A DNA stretch of 64,000 bases, from sequence record MK250021.1; one strand, 5' to 3'. This document shows positions 23,155 through 31,816 of the stretch, one piece after another (the stretch's first letter is position 1; each line of letters opens with the position of its first letter). The translations under genes were made by a program, and so were the position numbers. The notes beneath the pieces were generated by a model, which ran no database searches, had not been told where the DNA came from, and saw only the letters and a list, made by a program, of their open reading frames with translations.

Positions 23155-23532
23155 ATGATATTAAATATTGATAATTATGAAATATTAAACTTTTATGGAT
23201 ATACGTCTGTTATTAAACAGGATGAACGTATCTATGAAGTTTCATCATTAGATAATTCACCCAATGAACATATGCGATATGAGAAGTTAAATATTTTTTA
23301 TAATAAAATAATAGATAAAATAAGAAATAAAATAGATAAGACAAATATTTTATATTATATATTAGACGATAATAAATGTGTATTTAAACTAAAACATGTT
23401 AAATCTGGAAACATTATCTATATCGGTAAATATGATTTTGAAATTTCCATAGGATTGGATTGTCATCAAAGATTTGGACATTCATATGATTTTATAACAA
23501 ATAAGGAAACATATAAAACAGAAGAATTATGA
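23155..23532 (+). CDS. hypothetical protein (125 aa)
   Basis: First gene after the promoter; ATGA overlap with the next gene. Confidence 0.7.
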   Translation: MILNIDNYEILNFYGYTSVIKQDERIYEVSSLDNSPNEHMRYEKLNIFYNKIIDKIRNKIDKTNILYYILDDNKCVFKLKHVKSGNIIYIGKYDFEISIGLDCHQRFGHSYDFITNKETYKTEEL

Positions 23533-23846
23533 TTATACATAATGCAAAGAATTGTAGAATTAAGGAAGAAGATAAACAAGTGTTAAAGAATGGAGGTATG
23601 TTCATTCTTATAACAATACTTATGATTGTTACTTATGCTTGTATTGTTATGCCTATTAGTATTATGCGAGAAAAGAAGTTTGTTGGTACTGATAATAAAA
23701 CTGAAGCACAATTTAAAATTATATTGAGAGACAAATATATTGATGAAGATTTTGTTCAGCAAATTAGCACGAGCGGATGGAATTCATATGAAGTATATGA
23801 TTCCAATATGAAGAAACATAGAATTATATGGAAAGAAGTGGAATAA
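23529..23846 (+). CDS. small membrane protein (105 aa)
   Basis: One hydrophobic helix (MFILITILMIVTYACIVMPISIM). Confidence 0.7.
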   Translation: MIIHNAKNCRIKEEDKQVLKNGGMFILITILMIVTYACIVMPISIMREKKFVGTDNKTEAQFKIILRDKYIDEDFVQQISTSGWNSYEVYDSNMKKHRIIWKEVE

Positions 23847-23932
23847 TGAATAGAAAAGAAACTTTATATACAACTATATCATTTATGTTAGGTATAATTA
23901 TGATATTAGTAGTAATTTATTTATTTTCTTGA
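23846..23932 (+). CDS. very small membrane peptide (28 aa)
   Basis: TAATG coupling with the upstream stop; MNRKETLYTTISFMLGIIMILVVIYLFS; below the track length cut-off. Confidence 0.45.
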   Translation: MNRKETLYTTISFMLGIIMILVVIYLFS

Positions 23933-23971
23933 TAATATAAAATAAGTTTAATTTTTAAATAAAATATCTAA

Positions 23972-26026
23972 ATGAATAAGATTATTTTTTCTATGCTCAT
24001 TATGGTAATGAGTATTGCTAACATGTATGCAGAAAATGTTTCTGATACAGTGAAGTTGAAAGAGGTAACTGTTACTTCTCTTTTCCGTAATAATGTGCAG
24101 ACAGGTAGTATGATTAATACATCTACACTTAAGTCTTTGAATCATGGTCAGGGAACAGATTATGTATTGCAAAGACTTCCTAATATTTATGCGTATAATG
24201 ATAATGGAACACAAATGGGATACTGTTATTTCCGTATGCGTGGCATGGGTCAGGAACGTATGAATGTTACATTGGATGGAATGCCTTGGAACGAAGCAGA
24301 AGATTTTGGATGTTATTTTAGTAATTCTCCAGATCTTATGTCTTCTATGCATACTATTAAGGTAGAGAAAGGTGCATCTGTAACTAATAATGGAACAGCT
24401 GCTTATGCAGGAAATGTTTCTCTTGAATCTGTAGATTTGAAGAAAGATACCGATTCTTATTTTGACCTTGGATATGGTTCATTTAATTCATCTCGAATTA
24501 CAGGTGTTTATAATATGGGACAGAAAGGACATTGGGGATTACATGTTCGTGGCACTGCACAGCAAACTGATGGTTATAAGGAGAATACTTACAATAATTC
24601 GAAGGCAATTACTATTAAGACCGGATATTTCTTTAATGAACGACATTCATTGGATTTCTTGACAATGACTGGTTATCATAGGAATGGACAGGGATTTCAG
24701 GGAATTACTGAAGATTTAATTCCGAAGCATCCGACACCATTTAAGCAGATGATTTCAGGTAATCGTCAACAGGAAACAGATGATTTCTTAACAACTTATA
24801 ATAGGTTTCAATATAAGGGAGTTCTTTCAGACAAAGTATTTCTAACATCATCTGTGTATTGGCAACATCAGACAGGTAATTACCGTATTGGTTGGGATGA
24901 TGAGACACGACCAACAGGAAGTGTATTGAATAACTATCATCTTAATTATAATTTGACCGGATTTAACACTATTGTAAAGTATTATCCTATTGATAATCTT
25001 TCTCTTACATCTGGTGTAAATGCTTATGTATATCATCGTAGACATCAGGGATATGATATTACAAATTCTGATAGTATTATCACGGCATGGAAAAATCCAG
25101 GACTTACACCATATTATGATAACTCAGGAACAAAACCAGATGTGAATGTATTTGCAAATGTAAAGTATGCACCAGTAAATAAGTTCACTATTGATGCTGC
25201 TGTTCAATATCGTTATACGTCATTGCATTATCGTGTAAATACACCAATGGATGAATATGATACAAAGTTTAATCATGATTGGAATTTTGTAAATTACAGT
25301 ATTGGACTTAATTATGATATTGATAAGTATTCAAAGGTATATGCACGTTATGCTGTAACAAACCGTGAACCATCCAGAACTGATTTATTCTGTGCAGAGT
25401 ATCGTTCAAATGAATCGGAGATGAATACAAAGAATGAGAGAGTTCATGATATTGAAGCAGGTTATGAGATCCGTAACAATAAGGTTAATTTCAATATTAA
25501 TGGTTTTTATATGAATTTCAGTAATGAACTTGTTGCAACCGGTGAACTTTCAAAGATGAATGGTCTTCCATTGCATAAGCAACATGATGCATACCGTCTT
25601 GGATTGGAACTTGCCCTTGATTATAATCCTATTAATACATTGCATTTCATTGCAAATGCGGCATGGTCAGAGAATAAATTAAAGAATATTGAGGGTAAGG
25701 AAATGAATCATACATTCTCACCTTCATCTACATTGTTTGCTGAAGCTAATTATACGGTTAATAAAATTAAGTTTGGTTTGAATACAAATTTCCGTTCATC
25801 AATGTATATGGATATTTATAATAAGAATAAACTTAAGGAGAATCTTACGTTAAATGCTTATGTAAATGCACGAGTATCAAAGATCGTAGAGTTGAACCTT
25901 GTATTGAATAACATTACAAATAGGCTTAACTTCTCTAATGGCTCTGTAGATATTCCAACCAATACTGCATATTATTTGGTTGATACACCATTTAATATGT
26001 TCGCTTCTGCAAAGTTTCATTTTTAA
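23972..26026 (+). CDS. TonB-dependent outer membrane receptor (684 aa)
   Basis: Signal peptide, LKEVTVTS, plug domain (RMRGMGQERMNVTLDGMPWNEAED...SPDLMSS...VEKG...AYAGNVSL), amphipathic beta strands, C-terminal Phe (AKFHF); no TAG. Confidence 0.9.
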   Translation: MNKIIFSMLIMVMSIANMYAENVSDTVKLKEVTVTSLFRNNVQTGSMINTSTLKSLNHGQGTDYVLQRLPNIYAYNDNGTQMGYCYFRMRGMGQERMNVTLDGMPWNEAEDFGCYFSNSPDLMSSMHTIKVEKGASVTNNGTAAYAGNVSLESVDLKKDTDSYFDLGYGSFNSSRITGVYNMGQKGHWGLHVRGTAQQTDGYKENTYNNSKAITIKTGYFFNERHSLDFLTMTGYHRNGQGFQGITEDLIPKHPTPFKQMISGNRQQETDDFLTTYNRFQYKGVLSDKVFLTSSVYWQHQTGNYRIGWDDETRPTGSVLNNYHLNYNLTGFNTIVKYYPIDNLSLTSGVNAYVYHRRHQGYDITNSDSIITAWKNPGLTPYYDNSGTKPDVNVFANVKYAPVNKFTIDAAVQYRYTSLHYRVNTPMDEYDTKFNHDWNFVNYSIGLNYDIDKYSKVYARYAVTNREPSRTDLFCAEYRSNESEMNTKNERVHDIEAGYEIRNNKVNFNINGFYMNFSNELVATGELSKMNGLPLHKQHDAYRLGLELALDYNPINTLHFIANAAWSENKLKNIEGKEMNHTFSPSSTLFAEANYTVNKIKFGLNTNFRSSMYMDIYNKNKLKENLTLNAYVNARVSKIVELNLVLNNITNRLNFSNGSVDIPTNTAYYLVDTPFNMFASAKFHF

Positions 26027-26069
26027 TAAATAAGGTGTCTTTTATACATATTTTTTTAATTAATTTAAT

Positions 26070-26101
26070 AAGGAGAATTAACACGGTAGTTAATTCTCCT
26101 T
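26070..26101. terminator. bidirectional intrinsic terminator
   Basis: AAGGAGAATTAAC / GTTAATTCTCCTT between convergent genes. Confidence 0.7.
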
Positions 26102-26108
26102 TATTTTT

Positions 26109-26474
26109 TTATTCATATGTAATATAATAATCTTTATTAGTTCTAACTTTTAATTTCTTTGCATTAGAAGATGAAATAAAAATAGTAATATCTTCATCTT
26201 TTAATTCATTAAAATCCTTATTAGAATTGATTGTAAGTTTACCATCATTCACATTATATGTAATGTTAGTAAATTTTGATTTAGTTCTGACAGAAACACA
26301 ATCAATAATATCATTGTAAATTCTAACTTTTGCAGGGACATTTACATAAACGACATTAATAGAATCTGTTAATAATGTTGGATTAACTAATGAATTTTCA
26401 TTAATGTTAATTTTACCAAAGCATACAGTGATGCTGAATATTCCTATAAGGAATAAAATAAATAATTTTTTCAT
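26109..26474 (-). CDS. secreted protein (121 aa), possibly GIN/DUF2807-like
   Basis: Signal peptide MKKLFILFLIGIFSITVCFG; beta-rich body; family call weak. Confidence 0.55.
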   Translation of the reverse strand: MKKLFILFLIGIFSITVCFGKININENSLVNPTLLTDSINVVYVNVPAKVRIYNDIIDCVSVRTKSKFTNITYNVNDGKLTINSNKDFNELKDEDITIFISSSNAKKLKVRTNKDYYITYE

Positions 26475-26613
26475 AACGTAATTTATTTAATTTTAAAATT
26501 TATTTTTAACTTTCTTTAACTATCATTTTATTTATCTGAATAATTCATATTTTTAATGTAAGAAAAAGTTTATTATAAATAATGAAATGAAAAATTGAAA
26601 ACTAATTTGATAA

Positions 26614-27870
26614 ATGAGTAAATTAAATGAATAGAATATAAATGAGTTTTTATGGACATGTGCAGGAGTTAATAAAGATGTATTAAGATTATACCCGAGT
26701 GAATATGCTAAATATGCTGGTAGTGGCGGAACTATTTTATTCACAGCATTAATGGCTATGATTTCTGGTGGATATGCGATGTTTTTTGTATTCAGTAATG
26801 TTATTGTTGCTTTTATATTCGCTATATTTTGGGGATTGCTTATATTTAACCTTGATAGATTTATTGTTAATTCCATGTATACAGATGGTAAAGATTCAAT
26901 AAGTTGGAGAAAATTAAAAGCAGCACTTCCTAGAATTATAATGGCAATATTTTTAGGTATAGTTATATCGACACCTCTCGAGATGAAGATATTTAATGAT
27001 AGAATTGAATCATAGTTATTGAAAGATAATATAGAGAGAATAAATTCAGCAAAGAATGAATCATCTGATTATAAAACAATTTCATTATTACAAACTGAAT
27101 AGAGTTAGTTATCAAAAGAAAGAAAACAACTGGTAGACGATTTACAAAAAGCATAGAAAGATTTAAAGGAAGAAGCAGAGGGAAATGCATTATCTGGTAT
27201 GGTTGGGCATGGATCTATATATAGAGACAAAGAGATTTATGTTAACCAATGTAAATAGTCATTATCTGAATGGGATAAACTTCATAAAGAAAGATTAACA
27301 ACTATATAGAAAAGAATAGATGACGTTAATCAACATATCAATAAGTTTGAAGATAAAGTTGATAATTTAAAAGAAGATGGATTTAGCGCACGTTATGAAG
27401 CGTTTTCAAATTTAAGAAAATAGAATTCATCTTTAGAAATTGTTTCATTAATGATAACAATGTTGTTTATAATAATAGAGATAACTCCTACATTTTTTAA
27501 ACTTATTATGATAGCAGGACCTTATGATGAACATATGAGAATTGAACAATATAAGATTTCTGCATATGTATAGAAAGAAAAGAATAATGTAGATACAGAT
27601 TTAAAAATAGATGAATATAATAATAAACAAAAATTAAAATCTATTATAAAAGATGACATAATTAATATTGAAGAAGATAATCAAAAACCTATTACATATT
27701 CATCTATTAAACCATTAACATTAGATGAAGAACCTGAAATCGTTCCTTATTAGGTGAAGTCAAATACAAAAATAGAAACAAAAACTATTACACCGAATAA
27801 AGAACTTGAATTTAAGAGGAATTCAAAGGGATAGTTATTACTAGATTTTTCATCAAGACATAAAGGTTAA
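26614..27870 (+). CDS. DUF4407-like multi-pass membrane/coiled-coil protein (418 aa, 11 TAG)
   Basis: FLWTCAG...EYAKYAGSGGTILFTALMAMISGGYA...WGLLIFNLDRFIV...LPRIIMAIFLGIVISTPLEMKIF, EAEG...GHG, IEITP..FK...GPYD; family motifs continue across the TAG codons. Confidence 0.85.
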
Positions 27871-27935
27871 AAATATTTAAAATGAACATTAAGTAATATA
27901 AACTTAATGTTCATTTTTTAATATAAAAAATATTA

Positions 27936-27947
27936 TGTATCTTTGTA
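27936..27947 (+). promoter_or_regulatory. Bacteroidota-type -7 promoter element
   Basis: TGTATCTTTGTA upstream of 27974. Confidence 0.7.
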
Positions 27948-27973
27948 ATATAATAATTTAAACATTAAATAAT

Positions 27974-28981
27974 ATGGAACAGAAACTTATTTTGAAAATG
28001 TGTAAGCCTGCAACGAAGCTTAATAAATATATCATTACTGTTAAAGGCACGTATAATAATATGTTACCTTATGAAACAAAAATGGTAACAGTAGATGCAG
28101 ATATGATGAATGATTTTGTATTGTTGTTCTTATCATATATGGGTAATAGAAATTGGAAGCATACATGGAAGGATTGTAAGTTTGGAGAAGATTTCAAACA
28201 TGGTCCATTGCAGACATATCTTGGAGCATTTACAGATGATTGTCATTATCCTTGTATTGATATTAATTGGAATGATGTTATTTCTGTAAAACTTTCATAT
28301 ATTGATGAAAATTCCACTTATTATGAGTGTACACTTCCTGATGTGGAAGAGTTGTATGAAACCGAGGAATATTTCTTGAAAGAACTTAAAGAAAAGTTTA
28401 ATGTATTCAATAAGAATGATAAGAGAGACGATTTGGATGATGGTACAGAACTAGTAGATTCATATGAGCTGGAACTTGTTCGTAACATTCTTCGTTCGAC
28501 TGGTAAGTGGGATGATAGAGATATTGATAATTTGTTCTTTATCAATAACGATATTGGGTTTACTTCAATATGTGCAAGAGATTCTTATTATGATGATTTA
28601 TTGAAGGTCATTAAACAGGAATATGCAAAGAGTGCAACCGGTGTTGAATATGGTGGATTTAAACCAGAAACTTTTGAAAAAGTTCATAATGCTATTATGA
28701 AGTCTGATCTTCCAGATGAAACAAAATCTTTTGCTATCGACATTTGTGGTAAGTACAATAAGAATAATATTTTATCTGAAAATCAGAAGAAAGAATTAAA
28801 AAAGATTATTGAGTCTTTTAATATTCTTAATGGTACTTATGGTTGTGTTGGACCTAATGGTTGGAGTGGTATTTACATTCAGCATGTTATTGATCCAGAA
28901 CAGATTGATTTTGATGATTTTGATGAGAATGAAGTCATTAAATATGAAGGTGAAACTTATATTATTCATGAAGGAGATTAA
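27974..28981 (+). CDS. hypothetical protein (335 aa)
   Basis: Long open frame, no TAG. Confidence 0.75.
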   Translation: MEQKLILKMCKPATKLNKYIITVKGTYNNMLPYETKMVTVDADMMNDFVLLFLSYMGNRNWKHTWKDCKFGEDFKHGPLQTYLGAFTDDCHYPCIDINWNDVISVKLSYIDENSTYYECTLPDVEELYETEEYFLKELKEKFNVFNKNDKRDDLDDGTELVDSYELELVRNILRSTGKWDDRDIDNLFFINNDIGFTSICARDSYYDDLLKVIKQEYAKSATGVEYGGFKPETFEKVHNAIMKSDLPDETKSFAIDICGKYNKNNILSENQKKELKKIIESFNILNGTYGCVGPNGWSGIYIQHVIDPEQIDFDDFDENEVIKYEGETYIIHEGD

Positions 28982-28984
28982 TAT

Positions 28985-29381
28985 ATGATTTTAACAGAAA
29001 TAATATCAATAAGGAATTCTTATAGGATTCTTTAGCGGAGTTCTTGGTGAAAAAGGAGATAGTGAAGAATATACATATAAGTTAGGACCTATAGATGATT
29101 TATCACCATTATTTAAATGGGGAAATCGTTTTATAATTCCATGTGTATTATTTGCTTCACCAATAGGTTTTCTTGGAATTCCTTTATTGTATTTAGGCTT
29201 ATGTATAATTTTCGCATGTTTTGGAATTGATATTTATATATTAAGTGATAATACATTGAATATTATAGGACCTTATATATTACTATATTTTATATCATTG
29301 ATGATAGGATATAGTATAGGATGTTTTGTGACTAAAAAAGTAATATCTAATTTAATAAAGAAATATAATCATGAAAAATAA
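28985..29381 (+). pseudogene. membrane protein with apparent +1 frameshift near 29012
   Basis: ATG 28985 gives MILTEIISI; removing one A at 29011-29012 joins GILIGFFSGVLGEK... to TAA 29381, a multi-TM protein of about 131 aa. Confidence 0.5.
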
Positions 29382-29883
29382 TAAGTTTTATATTATTTTA
29401 GGATATAATGCACTTGATGAATCATATTGTGGTTATGTAGAGAATTCATTCTCTATGGGATGTGATGATGAGAGAGTACAGTTGTATTCTGTAAGTAAAG
29501 GAGATTTTCCGTGGAAGAATCGAGATTTTCCGGAGAGAAAGAAAATAGCAAAGAAATATCTAAAAGAAAATGGTGGTAGAAAAGCTTCTTTTGCACATGA
29601 TTATATTCCTGATGCTTATATGAATCCAAATTCTCCAAACCAATGGATTTGGTTTTATTTGCGTGATATTGCAGACAATTTGAATAAGAAACATTATAAT
29701 AATTGTTATTGGCAAGTATTTCGTGTTAACAGTAAACATTGCCCTGTTAATATAGATATGAAAGAATATTATAAGATTCAACATAATAAGAAATATAGAA
29801 TGACATTAACGAAATATGAAATAAGAAATATTAAATTTACAGTACAAGATCCTTTATTATTAGACTTTATACGTAATATTTAA
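29371..29883 (+). CDS. hypothetical protein (170 aa)
   Basis: Open frame, last gene before the ncRNA island. Confidence 0.75.
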   Translation: MKNNKFYIILGYNALDESYCGYVENSFSMGCDDERVQLYSVSKGDFPWKNRDFPERKKIAKKYLKENGGRKASFAHDYIPDAYMNPNSPNQWIWFYLRDIADNLNKKHYNNCYWQVFRVNSKHCPVNIDMKEYYKIQHNKKYRMTLTKYEIRNIKFTVQDPLLLDFIRNI

Positions 29884-29895
29884 TATAAAAAATAT

Positions 29896-30174
29896 ACAGT
29901 ATATAATTTTGTTATCTAAGTACATGATAATAAAATAGTGCATATCTAGTAAGACTATATGTATTTCAGTAATGGTACTGAAAGTGTTAATCGTTACTCA
30001 CGAAACAATATAAGAGTTATATGTTATATAGTAAAGACTAATATTGCAAAAGGTTAATACGCATATATAACATATATACCATTTGAGATTATGGTGAATA
30101 ATTGCAATTAGAATGTAACCATAATAATATGGCGGACCAATATAACATTCTGGGTTCGATTCCCTATATACTGT
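29896..30174 (+). ncRNA. 279-nt multi-hairpin RNA with tRNA-like acceptor/T-arm closure
   Basis: ACAGTATATA (29896) pairs with TATATACTGT (30165); GGG-TTCGATT-CCC T-loop at 30152-30164; internal helices TTTCAGTA/TACTGAAA, ATATGTTATATA/TATATAACATAT, AGAATGT/ACATTCT. Confidence 0.7.
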
Positions 30175-30229
30175 CTAAATAAAAAATTAAAAAAAGATTC
30201 ATAATTATTTTTTTAATTAAAAAAGAATG

Positions 30230-30241
30230 TGTATCTTTGTA
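30230..30241 (+). promoter_or_regulatory. Bacteroidota-type -7 promoter element driving non-coding RNAs
   Basis: TGTATCTTTGTA with no ORF downstream for more than 1.1 kb. Confidence 0.7.
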
Positions 30242-30255
30242 TTGTAAGAAATAAA

Positions 30256-30377
30256 AATGGTGATACAACCTATAAGCCATAGGTAACATGAGTTCGGTAA
30301 CCTCATGGTTCGTAAGTCGTGATAACGAATAGTCTCGGTAATAGTTGAAAAACCTTCATCGGTTATGTATCATTATT
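30256..30377 (+). ncRNA. structured RNA (closing stem plus at least three internal hairpins)
   Basis: AATGGTGATACA / TGTATCATTATT 12-bp closure; CCTAT/ATAGG, CATGAG/CTCATG and TTCGT/ACGAA hairpins. Confidence 0.55.
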
Positions 30378-30583
30378 TAACATTCATATGAGAATTAACG
30401 AAATGTCTCATATGAGCATGAGGAGTATTCCAACGGAACCGGTGTGTTTGGATTTTTAGTTGTGCATTTTTTTAATCTGACTATATTGTTGAGAAACAAT
30501 GAAAAAGAAGATACGTCGTCAGTACAAGTCCATATAATAATTTCGAAATAAAAATGGAAACTGTTAAAAATCGTATCTATTTT

Positions 30584-30681
30584 GGTTATGTTACATAATG
30601 GTTAATGAGGTATCTAATTGATATTTTAATATCAATGGAAGAAAGGTATTGCGGTGACGGGTTCGAGTCCCTCCATAACCA
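30584..30681 (+). tRNA. non-canonical tRNA-like gene with a hairpin inserted in the anticodon loop
   Basis: Perfect 7-bp acceptor GGTTATG/CATAACC plus discriminator A; D-loop AATGGTTA; T-loop TTCGAGT with a bulged stem; the anticodon loop holds about 30 nt including an ATTGATA/TATCAAT hairpin; anticodon not assignable. Confidence 0.6.
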
Positions 30682-30901
30682 CTCCTTATAATAATGAAAA
30701 GGATGCAATTATCTAACATAGATATTATTATAGTATAAGAAATTATGATAATTCTTAAAATGATAATCAAGAGATTGAAGTAACTAATTAATGTATAGTT
30801 ACTAAGGCGAAAGTATAACTGCAATTATATTAGTAGTTGGCGTTTAAAAGATTGAAGAAAATTATTTGCAGATAATTTTTGGATTGATATTAAATGTAAA
30901 A

Positions 30902-30995
30902 ATTATAATAGTGTAGCGGGAATGCACGTTCGATGATAAATCGGAAAGGGATTAACGGTATGACGTTATTAAGGGTTCGACTCCCTCTTATAAAC
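30902..30995 (+). tRNA. degenerate tRNA-like gene with long variable arm
   Basis: A/T-only acceptor (6 of 7 pairs), D-arm GTGT/GCAC, anticodon arm TTCGA-TGATAAA-TCGGA lacking U33, variable hairpin AACG/CGTT, T-arm GGG-TTCGACT-CCC. Confidence 0.55.
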
Positions 30996-31001
30996 AAATT
31001 T

Positions 31002-31156
31002 AAATACATATATTCTCACGAAGAGCGAGTAAGAGAAGGTGAGCAAATTATGTCTAATGTTATAAGTGATCATAATAACAGCTAAAACATAACAGAATTA
31101 TCTTAACGTAGGAGCTGTAAAAGGATGAACGTATGGTAACATCATTATATGTATTT
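31002..31156 (+). ncRNA. structured RNA with 11-bp closing stem
   Basis: AAATACATATA / TATATGTATTT; internal TTCTC/GAGAA and ACAGCT/AGCTGT helices. Confidence 0.5.
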
Positions 31157-31282
31157 TTATTGAATTTTTAATTGTTTGAAAATAACTTAATATATGTACT
31201 ACATCAAACTAATGACATATAAAATCAAACCAAGATGATAAGACAGAATTAAGTTATTTTTAATTTGTTTTGTTTATTTTCT

Positions 31283-31315
31283 AAAAGTCTATAATGGTTT
31301 TCATTATAGACTTTT
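31283..31315 (+). terminator. intrinsic terminator ending the ncRNA island
   Basis: AAAAGTCTATAATG / CATTATAGACTTTT. Confidence 0.7.
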
Positions 31316-31332
31316 TTATTTAAAATAAAATG

Positions 31333-31342
31333 TGTATCTTTG
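31333..31342 (+). promoter_or_regulatory. Bacteroidota-type -7 promoter element
   Basis: TGTATCTTTG heading the nadR-pnuC operon. Confidence 0.65.
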
Positions 31343-31382
31343 AAATATAAATTATAAGTAAAATAAAGTTGAATTATTAATT

Positions 31383-31796
31383 ATGTATTATATAAATCAT
31401 GAATTAGTTAATGTAGTAGAGATTAATCCTTTTGAAATTGAATCTGGAAACTTTCCAGATGAGATGATAACTATAGATGAATTAATAGATAGAATAAAGA
31501 ATAAGAAACCTATTAAACAAGGTATTAAAATTCATTTTAATATGTATGACATCATTTATGATGTAAATTCACATATATTTATGCATGACACATTCATTCA
31601 TATTCCTACTAATACAAAGATATTTGTAGAATATGATGAGAATTGGGGATGGGAACGTACATTTCTTCTTATTCCTAATTATTCAGAAAAAATATGGATA
31701 GGAGATAATAATGAAGATTGTTGGTGGGATGCTACTCACAATGAAGGTTCTTATTCTTTTGAGATGAAATCTTTTATTGAAATAGAAATAGATTAA
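31383..31796 (+). CDS. hypothetical protein (137 aa)
   Basis: Open frame after the promoter. Confidence 0.7.
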   Translation: MYYINHELVNVVEINPFEIESGNFPDEMITIDELIDRIKNKKPIKQGIKIHFNMYDIIYDVNSHIFMHDTFIHIPTNTKIFVEYDENWGWERTFLLIPNYSEKIWIGDNNEDCWWDATHNEGSYSFEMKSFIEIEID

Positions 31797-31816
31797 TATA
31801 TTTAAATTTAATAAAA

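Noticed and set aside
29896-30174. tmRNA
   Set aside because: No GGGG 5' end, no G3:U70 pair, no ACCA 3' end and no evident tag reading frame
30584-30681. Possible amber (CTA) suppressor tRNA, because TCTAA occurs after the D-arm
   Set aside because: Placing CTA at positions 34-36 needs a GAGGT anticodon stem with no complementary 3' strand; the supported stem puts CTA out of register
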